A stretch of 37,056 bases of DNA. Source: Candidatus Sericytochromatia bacterium. Its GTDB lineage: Bacteria > Cyanobacteriota > Sericytochromatia > S15B-MN24 > JAQBPE01. A model generated the notes under the pieces. It did not search any database. It was not told where the DNA came from and saw nothing but the letters and a program-made list of their open reading frames with translations. Within the stretch, counting starts at the first letter, position 1. Each line of letters opens with the position of its first letter. The translations under genes were made by a program, and so were the position numbers. The stretch is taken from contig JAYKHR010000132.1 of the NCBI GenBank assembly GCA_035285125.1, forward strand, positions 1 through 37,056, given 5' to 3'. Of the stretch, positions 17,936 through 25,410 are shown in pieces.

Positions 17936-20029
17936 ATGCCCGCTCCCCCCTTCCCACCTGATGAGCCCAACGCTCCCCGCCCGGGGAGTGATGGCGGCTG
18001 GGAAGAGCCTCCCGCATCGTGGATGCTGCCTGGCTCCGAGGCAGATGCCTGGTCGGGCGAGGACCAGGTGCCGTCGTCTTGGACCCTGCCTCGTCGAGGC
18101 GAGGCGGCCTGGGAGAGCGTGCTCGAGGACGCGACCCGGGGCTCGACGCCAGAGGCGGAGGCCCCCCCGATTGCCGACGATGGATGGCAGCTGCCCGACG
18201 TGTCGGCAGCGTGGCGCTCCGCGGACCCGTTGAACTTCGACGAGGTGATGCCCCCACCTCGCCCGGCCCGGCCCTCCCCCCCGCCGCCGCCCCCCCCGCC
18301 TCCGCCCCCGCCGCCGCCGCCGGCCTTCGACCCCGTCGCCGCCTTCGAGGAGGGTGTCGACGAGGGCGCTGCGGCTTTCTTTGACGAGTTCCTGCAGGAT
18401 CTGCAGGCCCGCCCGGCCTCCTCGGAGGAAGAGCCCGACCCCGAGGAGACCGTCGCCGAGGAAGAGGACGAGACCTCGGAGCATGTAGACCTGCGGGATG
18501 ATATCTACTATGGCGACAACGGGCCCGAGTACGTCGCCGAGGACGAAGACGACGACGTCTACTACGGCGACGACGGGCCGGTGGACGTCGAGGAAGACGA
18601 GGACGAGGTCGCCAGCGAAGGCGTTGAGGGGGCCGAAGGTTGGGAACCTGCCTCCGGTGCCAGCTTTGGCGGGCAGTGGCGGGGAGGCTCCGGCTTCGGG
18701 TCGCCCTCCCACTTCGACTTCTCGCTCGACGAGGACCTCGACGACGAGGCCTTCGGTTTCCGGCGCGCGCCCCCGCGCAGGGCCGGCGGGCACGGCTACA
18801 TGTACGAGGACGATATGCCGCCGCCCCCGCGGCGGCCGCACACCATCGACGCCGAGGCCGAGCCCGTCGAGGCCGCGCCCCACTCGCGCCGACAGGCGCC
18901 CTATGGTGCACCCCCGCGTCGCCCCGCCCCGAGGCCCGGGGGCCACCGCCCCGAGCGCGTGGGCGAGCCCTCCGGCGAGGGTGGCCTGGCAGGCCTGCCG
19001 AGCGGCCGTCGGCTGCTGGTGTCGAGCCTGACGGCTGCCACGGTCGCAACCGTGGTCTTCGGGGCGTACTCGGTGGCCAACGGCACCCTCGTCGTGCCCA
19101 ACATGCCCCGGTTCGAGCTCGCGGCGCTGCTGGAGTCGCTGCCCTTCGTTGGCGAGTCCTCGAAGATGATCGCCGCCCACAAGATCAACTGCGCCGCCGT
19201 GGAGCAGGCCTTGCGGTCGTACGTCTCAGAGCGCCAGAAGCTGCCCCCGAGCCCCAACGCCATCGAGCTGCACCTCTTCAAGCTTGACCTCGATCCGCGC
19301 AACCCTTACGACCCCACCGAGCCGCTCGTGATCGTCTTCAACGAGACGCCGAAGCGCCCTGGCACCGTGTCCGTGTCCTTCGGGCGCAGCGACTACACCA
19401 TCCGCGTGGCGGGGCGTGCGGGTCGCCCGATGGTGGAGCGCAACAAGGAGTACGCGTTGCGAGGCGACCTTGCCAGCCTCGCCCCCAGCCTGGCCACCGC
19501 GTACATGACCACCCCCGACGGCCGTGACGGGGCCATCACCCCTTGGCCCGCGGGCGTGCCCTGGGTGGCCCCCCTGCTGGTGCCGCAAACCAAGCGCGGG
19601 GCCACGCCGCCACCGCAGGCGCAGCAGGGGGCCTCAGGCACCCTCGCCCTCGCGACGCCAATGCCGGAGCCCACGCCCAGCTATGATCTCCGGCGCGTGG
19701 CGAACAACGACATCACGCTGCGCAATCGGGAGGTCGACAAGTGGCGACTGCGGGGGATCTCCCTCGTCTACGAGCGTCGGACGGCGGAAGCCGTCGACTG
19801 CTTCCGGCAGGCCCTGGCCCTCAAGCCCGGCGACCCGGCGGTGCTGGCCTGGTTGCAGCGTGTGCAGTCCGTCTCGCCCCGTGATGGCGGCGTCCTCACG
19901 CAGGACGACGAGCTCGATGCCGCGTTGAGGGCCCGCGAGCGTCTGATTCGCCAGAAAATGCGCGAGATGGGAAGCTGGGACAGCGGCGCTGCTCCGCTGC
20001 CCCCCACCCTGCCTGCGCCGCGGCTGTAG
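17936..20029 (+). CDS. membrane protein: acidic/Pro-rich disordered N-terminus, TM helix, pseudopilin(GspG)-like domain, TPR-like module
   Basis: About 350 D/E/P-rich residues, hydrophobic LLVSSLTAATVATVVFGAY, VEQALRSY...LP...RNPY...YTIRVAG, then FRQALALKPGD. Confidence 0.7.
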   Translation: MPAPPFPPDEPNAPRPGSDGGWEEPPASWMLPGSEADAWSGEDQVPSSWTLPRRGEAAWESVLEDATRGSTPEAEAPPIADDGWQLPDVSAAWRSADPLNFDEVMPPPRPARPSPPPPPPPPPPPPPPPAFDPVAAFEEGVDEGAAAFFDEFLQDLQARPASSEEEPDPEETVAEEEDETSEHVDLRDDIYYGDNGPEYVAEDEDDDVYYGDDGPVDVEEDEDEVASEGVEGAEGWEPASGASFGGQWRGGSGFGSPSHFDFSLDEDLDDEAFGFRRAPPRRAGGHGYMYEDDMPPPPRRPHTIDAEAEPVEAAPHSRRQAPYGAPPRRPAPRPGGHRPERVGEPSGEGGLAGLPSGRRLLVSSLTAATVATVVFGAYSVANGTLVVPNMPRFELAALLESLPFVGESSKMIAAHKINCAAVEQALRSYVSERQKLPPSPNAIELHLFKLDLDPRNPYDPTEPLVIVFNETPKRPGTVSVSFGRSDYTIRVAGRAGRPMVERNKEYALRGDLASLAPSLATAYMTTPDGRDGAITPWPAGVPWVAPLLVPQTKRGATPPPQAQQGASGTLALATPMPEPTPSYDLRRVANNDITLRNREVDKWRLRGISLVYERRTAEAVDCFRQALALKPGDPAVLAWLQRVQSVSPRDGGVLTQDDELDAALRARERLIRQKMREMGSWDSGAAPLPPTLPAPRL

Positions 20030-20058
20030 CGCCGGCCAACCACGAGAGCCAGGTTTCC

Positions 20059-20694
20059 TTGGACATCAGGGCCAAGTTCGTCACCACCGCCATGACCCTG
20101 GAGGGCTGCCCGCACTTCGGGCGTTCCGAGTTCGCCGTGGTCGGCCGTTCCAACGTCGGGAAGTCGTCGCTGATCAACACGCTGGCGCACCAGAAGGGGC
20201 TGGCCCGGATCTCCAAGACGCCGGGCCGCACGCAGGGCATCAACTACTTCGACTTCGGGCCGTTTCTGATCGCCGATCTCCCAGGCTACGGGTACGCCAA
20301 GGTCTCGCTGGCCATGCAAGCCCGCTGGCGCCGGGAGCTCTCGCGCTACCTGGGGGGACGCGACACGTTGCAGGGGGTGCTGCACCTGATGGACTCCCGC
20401 CACCCGATGCAGCCCAACGACATGCAGATGCGCGAGTTCCTGCTGGAGCACGGCATCCCGCTCATGGTGGTGCTCACGAAGGCCGACGAGCTCAAGCAGG
20501 CGGAGCAGACCCGCGTGTGCCGCCAGGTCGAGGAAGCGCTGGGGCAAGAGCCCGTGCTCTTCTCGTCCCGGACCGGGCGGGGACGCAAGGAGCTGCTGCG
20601 GACCCTGACGCACGACGCGCCCGAGCGGGTTGGCGACGACGACGAGGCCCCGACCCTCCCGGCTGCCGACGACGAGGAAGACCTCGAACTTTAA
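20059..20694 (+). CDS. engB: ribosome biogenesis GTPase YihA/YsxC (EngB)
   Basis: G1 GRSNVGKSS, SKTPGRT, G3 DLPGYG, G4 TKAD. Confidence 0.95.
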   Translation: MDIRAKFVTTAMTLEGCPHFGRSEFAVVGRSNVGKSSLINTLAHQKGLARISKTPGRTQGINYFDFGPFLIADLPGYGYAKVSLAMQARWRRELSRYLGGRDTLQGVLHLMDSRHPMQPNDMQMREFLLEHGIPLMVVLTKADELKQAEQTRVCRQVEEALGQEPVLFSSRTGRGRKELLRTLTHDAPERVGDDDEAPTLPAADDEEDLEL

Positions 20695-20789
20695 CACCTC
20701 GATAACCAGCAAGGTGCCGGGTGTTGGTGCCGCGTTGGCCCGGTCGAGGACAACCCTCTCGTCGCCCCCACCAGGCCGAGAGGTGCCCC

Positions 20790-21365
20790 ATGTCAGCCAT
20801 CACCCCCGTTGTCCAGGCCGCCCGCCACGCAGCCTCGGAGGTGGCCCACCGCGCCGCCCCGTCGCTGGCCCACCAGGCCGAGGCAGCCACCGAGCGGGCG
20901 TTCGCCGCTGACGCCCGGGTGGTTGGGCGGCGGGCCAGCAAGGTCGCCCCGGCCGAGGGCACCTCGCTGGTGCGGCGCCTCCTCGTGGCAGCCGGCTGGC
21001 TGAAGCCCACCGCGGAGGAGTCGAAGCCCATCATCAACCAGTTGCTGCACGCCCGCTCGGCGGGTGTGGGGCCCGTGAACCAGCCCTACTCCCCCAACTA
21101 CTCCCTGCGGGTGAAGCCCCTGCGCGACGGCACCTACGCCTTCGCCTCGCGGGCGGAGCGCTGGGACCCGACGGTGCCATACGCCTCGGAACAGCGGCCG
21201 CTCACCCTGCTTGGCGTGTTCGACCCCGAGCAGCGCAAGCTCACCTCGCTCAAGACGATCAACCGCACGCCCCAGAAGTGGGAGACCTACGAGCGGATCT
21301 TCATGGAGCCGAGCCGGCGCGGCAGCCTGCTCGACTGCCTCATCCCGCCTCCGATGAGGCTCTGA
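20790..21365 (+). CDS. hypothetical protein (~191 aa)
   Basis: SD GAGGTG before ATG 20790, high GC3; no family recognised. Confidence 0.7.
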   Translation: MSAITPVVQAARHAASEVAHRAAPSLAHQAEAATERAFAADARVVGRRASKVAPAEGTSLVRRLLVAAGWLKPTAEESKPIINQLLHARSAGVGPVNQPYSPNYSLRVKPLRDGTYAFASRAERWDPTVPYASEQRPLTLLGVFDPEQRKLTSLKTINRTPQKWETYERIFMEPSRRGSLLDCLIPPPMRL

Positions 21366-21543
21366 CGCCAGGCAACATGGACGCCCAGCAGGTGCGGGCA
21401 GGTTAAGCCTCTCGCCCTTTTATATAACAGCCAATTAACATCGCCCCTGGGGGTTGCAACCTCGCTGCAACCTCCGGGGGCGATGACATACCCGTGAGCG
21501 GCGCTCGCGACCGAGAGCGCGGACAACGACGGAGGGGACCCGG

Positions 21544-21930
21544 ATGCGAGCCAAGAAGACCCACCCCAACCACGTGAAGACCCGGCTGTTCGGCGAGGTC
21601 GAGAAGGCCCTTCGCGGCGGCGCCGACGAGATCATCTTCTCGCTGCCGGCCCCCGGCTGCGAGCAGGCCGGTGGGGTGCGCCGCAAGCAGCTCGTGGCGA
21701 TGCACGTCATCGGCGATCGCCTCTTCGTCTTCGACCCCGAGCGCAACCCCGAGCTGTCCTACGCCGCCGAGTGCGGCGCGGTCGGGGAGGCCGTGGCCGA
21801 CTACCCCGGCATGCGCTACGAGGGCCGGGGCCTCCACTCGCTGCCGCTGCGCTACCTCAAGCATCTGTTCCTCGACGGCAAGGGCTTCGCCCTCGTGCCG
21901 CTGGCCCACCGGCTGGCCCTCGCCGTCTGA
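21544..21930 (+). CDS. hypothetical protein (128 aa)
   Basis: SD GGAGGGG, typical codon usage, AT-rich promoter-like tract at about 21404-21440. Confidence 0.75.
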   Translation: MRAKKTHPNHVKTRLFGEVEKALRGGADEIIFSLPAPGCEQAGGVRRKQLVAMHVIGDRLFVFDPERNPELSYAAECGAVGEAVADYPGMRYEGRGLHSLPLRYLKHLFLDGKGFALVPLAHRLALAV

Positions 21931-21937
21931 GCCGCCC

Positions 21938-22927
21938 TCAGGCCGCCAACGGGGCCCCGGCGCCGCGCAGCAGCGCGAAGAGCTCGTCGGCCGTCTTGGC
22001 GTGGTTGATCCGCTGGCGCAGCTCCGCAGAGCCGGGCAGCCCCGTGGTGTACCACGACAGGTGCTTGCGGCACTCGAAGACGCCCACCCGCTCCCCCTTG
22101 AAGGCGACGAGGGCCTCCGCGTGGCGCCAGGCCGTGCTCAGCCGTTCCTCCCACGTGGGCTCCGGCAGCAACTCGCCGGTGGTCAGCAGGTGCGCGGTGC
22201 GGCGGATGATCCAGGGGTTGCCCATGGCCGCCCGGCCAATCATCACGCCGGCGACGCCTGTCTCCTTCATGCGCTGCTGGGCCGTTTCGGGGCTGTCGAT
22301 GTCCCCGTTGCCGATCACGGGGATGTCCAGGCCGCGCGCGATTTCGGCGATGGCCTCCCAGTCGGCCGTCCCGCTGTAGCCCTGCTCGCGGGTGCGGCCG
22401 TGGACCGCGATGGCGTGGGAGCCGGCCTCCTGGATGATGCGCGCGACCGTCATGTAGTTCCGGGAGGTGTCGTCCCAGCCAATCCGCATCTTGCAGACCA
22501 TCGGGAGCCGGGTGGCCTTCACGCAGGCCTCGACCAGCTCCCCGATGCGCTCTGGCGTCCGCAGCAGGGCGGCCCCGTCGCAGTTCTTCACGATCTTCTT
22601 GGCCGGGCAGCCGAAGTTCATCGAGATGAGGTCAGCCCCCGCCTCCTCGATGACCCGGCTGCCCGCCGCCAGCGCCGCGGCGTCGTGGCCGAAAATCTGG
22701 ATCATCACCGGGCCGTCCACGCTGTCGAAGTCCACCATCTCGGTGGTGTTGCGCCCCCCGTTCGTCAACGCGTTGGCCGAGACCATCTCCGTCGCGAGCA
22801 CGCTGACGGGGTCGATGTCCCGGCACACTTCGAGGAAGGGGCGATCGCAAACCCCACACATCGGGGCCAGCATCACGGGGCTCTCGAGCGTGAGGTCCCC
22901 GAGGCGCAGCGGCGCAAAGACAGCCAT
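21938..22927 (-). CDS. dusB: tRNA-dihydrouridine synthase B
   Basis: LAPMCG, TEMVS, NFGCP, GAALL, KMRIGWD, HGRTREQ, GNGDI, GVMIGRAAMGNPW. Confidence 0.93.
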   Translation of the reverse strand: MAVFAPLRLGDLTLESPVMLAPMCGVCDRPFLEVCRDIDPVSVLATEMVSANALTNGGRNTTEMVDFDSVDGPVMIQIFGHDAAALAAGSRVIEEAGADLISMNFGCPAKKIVKNCDGAALLRTPERIGELVEACVKATRLPMVCKMRIGWDDTSRNYMTVARIIQEAGSHAIAVHGRTREQGYSGTADWEAIAEIARGLDIPVIGNGDIDSPETAQQRMKETGVAGVMIGRAAMGNPWIIRRTAHLLTTGELLPEPTWEERLSTAWRHAEALVAFKGERVGVFECRKHLSWYTTGLPGSAELRQRINHAKTADELFALLRGAGAPLAA

Positions 22928-22945
22928 GGCGTGCCTTCCCGTCGC

Positions 22946-23365
22946 TCAGGCGTCCGACTCGAGCCAGCGGATCATCTTCTCGGCAGCCGGGAAGACGCCA
23001 CCGCGGCGCTTGAGCGCGTCCTTGAGGTTCTCGATCGCGTCCTTGCGGCCCTCGTCGCCCCCGAGCCGGTAGGCCTCGTCGAGCTTCTCCCGCACGCCCT
23101 TCTCGTTGAAGGCCAGCAGGGCCAGGGCGTGGTTGTACTTGCCCTGCGGCACGCTCTTGGCTTCCTTGCAGAAGTGCAGGGCGCGATCCTTCTGGCCCGC
23201 CAGCACGTACAGCCAACCCAGCGCCACGGAGACGCGCACGTCGGCCTGCTCCTGGCGCAGCTTGAGGAACTCGGGAATCAAGGCCTCGATGGCCTCACCG
23301 CCCTCGTAGCGGTCGAGCAGCTCCTGATAGCGGGTGTCGAAATCGGCGGCGACGGGCGTGGTCAT
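22946..23365 (-). CDS. small TPR-like protein of cyanobacterial type
   Basis: FDTRYQELLDRYEGGEAIEALIPEF...ALGWLYVL...KGVRE...IRWL resembles a conserved cyanobacterial TPR hypothetical as I recall it. SD GAGGTG and -10 TATAAT (23394-23399) lie upstream. Confidence 0.75.
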   Translation of the reverse strand: MTTPVAADFDTRYQELLDRYEGGEAIEALIPEFLKLRQEQADVRVSVALGWLYVLAGQKDRALHFCKEAKSVPQGKYNHALALLAFNEKGVREKLDEAYRLGGDEGRKDAIENLKDALKRRGGVFPAAEKMIRWLESDA

Positions 23366-23472
23366 GGGGCACCTCTTGGCATGGGGGGCCTCCATTATAG
23401 CCCGGGAGGGCCGGTGTTGCGGTAGGACGTCAGCGCTGGCCGTCGCGCGGGCGCACCTGAGCCGGCGGGCTC

Positions 23473-23739
23473 CTAGGCCGCCGGCTCCCGGCCCGGGCCC
23501 TCCGCCTGCCCCCGGCCGAGCGTGCGCTCCAGCGCCCGCTGCTGGTTCCGCAGCCGCTGCAACATGAAGAAAATGTAGTCTCGCAGCTGCTGGCTGTCGG
23601 ATTCGATGACGATCTGGACGGCGTGGGGCGTCTCGACGTGCTTCACCCGCAGGCAGTGCCGGTGCTCCCGCGCCAGGTCCTCCAGCAGCAGCACCTCCGC
23701 CTTGGTGCACGTGGCGAAGTAACTCGTGGAAAGCTCCAT
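23473..23739 (-). CDS. hypothetical protein (88 aa)
   Basis: SD GGGGAGG; promoter-like TTGTTC-N17-TACATT upstream (about 23800-23772). Confidence 0.65.
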   Translation of the reverse strand: MELSTSYFATCTKAEVLLLEDLAREHRHCLRVKHVETPHAVQIVIESDSQQLRDYIFFMLQRLRNQQRALERTLGRGQAEGPGREPAA

Positions 23740-23826
23740 GCGCCCGCCCTCCCCTGAGACATGCCCCCGTCAATGTAAGGCGCGGGGCGGTCCTGAACAA
23801 TGGGCGGGCGGCCCTCCCGGCGGCGC

Positions 23827-23857
23827 AAAAAATCCCCCTTCCGAGGTGGAAGGGGGA
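23827..23857 (-). terminator. Rho-independent terminator
   Basis: Minus strand TCCCCCTTCC-ACCTC-GGAAGGGGGA (10-bp stem) followed by TTTTTT. Confidence 0.9.
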
Positions 23858-23862
23858 GCGCG

Positions 23863-24042
23863 TCAGCGGCGGGGATGGTCTCGGTGGGACTGACCGATCA
23901 GAAACACGCGGGCTTCAGCCTGATCCGAGTAGCCTCGGTCTCCCTTGTTGACGTACAGCGTGGGGACAACCTCTTGCCCGACGTGTGCTGTACCGAGTCT
24001 CCCGTTCCCTAGCTTGTCACCATTGACAGCGTGGAAAATCAT
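23863..24042 (-). CDS. small ORF, 59 aa (MIFHAVNGDKLGNGRLGTAHVGQEVVPTLYVNKGDRGYSDQAEARVFLIGQSHRDHPRR), unknown function
   Basis: Strong SD GAAAGGA just before ATG 24042, and the stop lies 5 nt before the terminator stem. It falls below the track's 60-aa cutoff. GC3 is about 66% by hand count, lower than the neighbours. Confidence 0.5.
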   Translation of the reverse strand: MIFHAVNGDKLGNGRLGTAHVGQEVVPTLYVNKGDRGYSDQAEARVFLIGQSHRDHPRR

Positions 24043-24288
24043 AGTTTCCTTTCTCGTAAGACGATTGCAGGTTCACCTTTCGCACGGGCTCAGCGCCCCT
24101 CTGGGCGGGCTGGCCCAACGTCCACGACGTCCGATACACGGGCGGCATGCGTTCGAAGTGAGATGTGAGGGTGGAGCGACGCCAGACGTGGGCCCTCGCA
24201 CCTGCGGGTGGAAACCTCGCGTGACACGCCTGGCGCCAGTTGCGCCGCGGATCGAATCCGGTGCCGGAGATGTCCCCTGATGTCAATA

Positions 24289-24317
24289 ATCCTACCGCGA
24301 AGCACGCGGGCCGTAAA
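24289..24317 (-). promoter_or_regulatory. sigma70-type promoter
   Basis: TTTACG (24317-24312), 17-nt spacer, TAGGAT (24294-24289). Confidence 0.55.
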
Positions 24318-24356
24318 GTGCGCCCCATCACCACGTTATGTTAATCCTATTTCGGC

Positions 24357-24389
24357 AAAAAAAACAGCCCGGCTTTCACCGGGCTGCTT
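24357..24389 (-). terminator. Rho-independent terminator of tRNA-Asp
   Basis: Minus strand CAGCCCGG-TGAAAG-CCGGGCTG followed by an 8-nt T tract. Confidence 0.9.
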
Positions 24390-24400
24390 CGTGCTATGAG

Positions 24401-24474
24401 CGGGGCTGACGGGGCTCGAACCCGCGACCTCCTACGTGACAGGCAGGCACTCTAACCAACTGAGCTACAGCCCC
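24401..24474 (-). tRNA. tRNA-Asp (GTC)
   Basis: GGGGCTG acceptor stem, D arm TAGCTCAGTTGGTTAGAG, anticodon arm CCTGC-CTGTCAC-GTAGG, T arm GGTTCGAG. CCA is not encoded. -10 TATACT at 24497-24492. Confidence 0.97.
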
Positions 24475-24540
24475 AACGCTCAACGAGCAAAAGTATAGTA
24501 TCACACCCCCCGAGAGTGCGCCAGGGTCCCGCCAGCAAAC

Positions 24541-25410
24541 TCACGCTGGCCGATCAACCGCGGGCGCCACGAGGATCAGCGCCTCGTAAACCTCGGCGAC
24601 GCGGGCCATGACGTGGTTGGGGAGGTTGTCGTTCATCGGCACCAGCACGAACGAGGCCCCCTCCTCCTCGGCCACCGCCAGGGCGGGATCGTTGGTGTCC
24701 ATCGGCACGATGCACGGCACGCCCCGGTTGAGGCAAGCCGCGGCAAAGCCATGGTCGCAGATGGCCAGGTCTGGTGGCGCCGGCAGGGCCTCAAGGTAAG
24801 CCTCCATCGCGGCGGTCATGTGCGTGTGGTGCAGGCCGCACGTGTCGGAGACGCAGGCCACCGGGCCGACAAAATCGAGGAACCAGTCACGCTGAACCTC
24901 CACGCCGGCGCCTGCGACAGGCACCCGGCACCCGGCCGTCCGACACCCCTCGGCCAGGCGGCTGTAGAGCCCCACCATCGTGCCCGGATGGCCGGTGCCG
25001 AACACCACGGTGCCCCCGTGCTGCCGGACCGTCGCCAGCAGCCGGGCCCCGCGCCACAGCCCCTCCAAGCAGGCCCGCGGGCTGATGTAGTTGGGCCCCT
25101 CGCGCAGGGCGGGGTCCTTGCTGCAGCCCGTCCGCCCGGCCAGCGCCTCGAGCACCCTTTCCCGCGTCAGCCGACCGGCCGCCAGGGCCCGGGTCACGAC
25201 GTCGATGCCGAGGGTGTAGAACGGGTCCCCCCGCAGCAGCCTGTCGATCGCCGCCATGTTCGCCTGCCGGCTGTGGGACAGGTCTCGCCCCGCCACGCGC
25301 CACTGCAGCAGGCGGGCCATCAGGGCAGACGCCAGCTCGTCCGGGACGGGCAGCTCAGCCCCCCGAACAGCCTGTCGGGCAGCCACCGACCGGTCCTCGC
25401 TCCGCATCAT
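24541..25410 (-). CDS. putative phosphatase (actinobacterial-type 'Phosphatase' family, PF15698-like)
   Basis: VAG...SRQAN, GCSKDP...GPNYISP, FGTGHPG, HHTH, PDLAICDHGFA, DTNDPAL, VPMNDN. SD GGAGG; ATGA overlap with the otsA-like stop. The track's longer ORF from 26535 is an artefactual extension. Confidence 0.75.
   Translation of the reverse strand: MMRSEDRSVAARQAVRGAELPVPDELASALMARLLQWRVAGRDLSHSRQANMAAIDRLLRGDPFYTLGIDVVTRALAAGRLTRERVLEALAGRTGCSKDPALREGPNYISPRACLEGLWRGARLLATVRQHGGTVVFGTGHPGTMVGLYSRLAEGCRTAGCRVPVAGAGVEVQRDWFLDFVGPVACVSDTCGLHHTHMTAAMEAYLEALPAPPDLAICDHGFAAACLNRGVPCIVPMDTNDPALAVAEEEGASFVLVPMNDNLPNHVMARVAEVYEALILVAPAVDRPA

Larger units (their letters stand above)
23827..24283 (-). 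ncRNA. putative structured RNA or long structured leader (~455 nt), family not recognised
   Basis: Bounded by a sigma70-like promoter and a strong terminator, with many hairpins, including a 13-bp helix (24237-24225 with 24190-24178) that pairs via G-U only on the minus strand. Confidence 0.5.

Noticed and set aside
23827..24283. tmRNA, RNase P RNA, SRP, T-box, or TPP/cobalamin riboswitch
   Set aside because: Only fragments resemble them (GGGGAC...GGATTCGA, CGCAACTG, GCTGAG...GAACCTG). There is no tRNA-like 3' end, no tag ORF ending in AA, no GAGGAAAGUCC, and no complete aptamer motif set.
24335..24474. tRNA-Asp as the integration site of a genomic island
   Set aside because: No integrase, no duplicated tRNA 3' end seen in the window, and the downstream genes (dusB, engB) are core.
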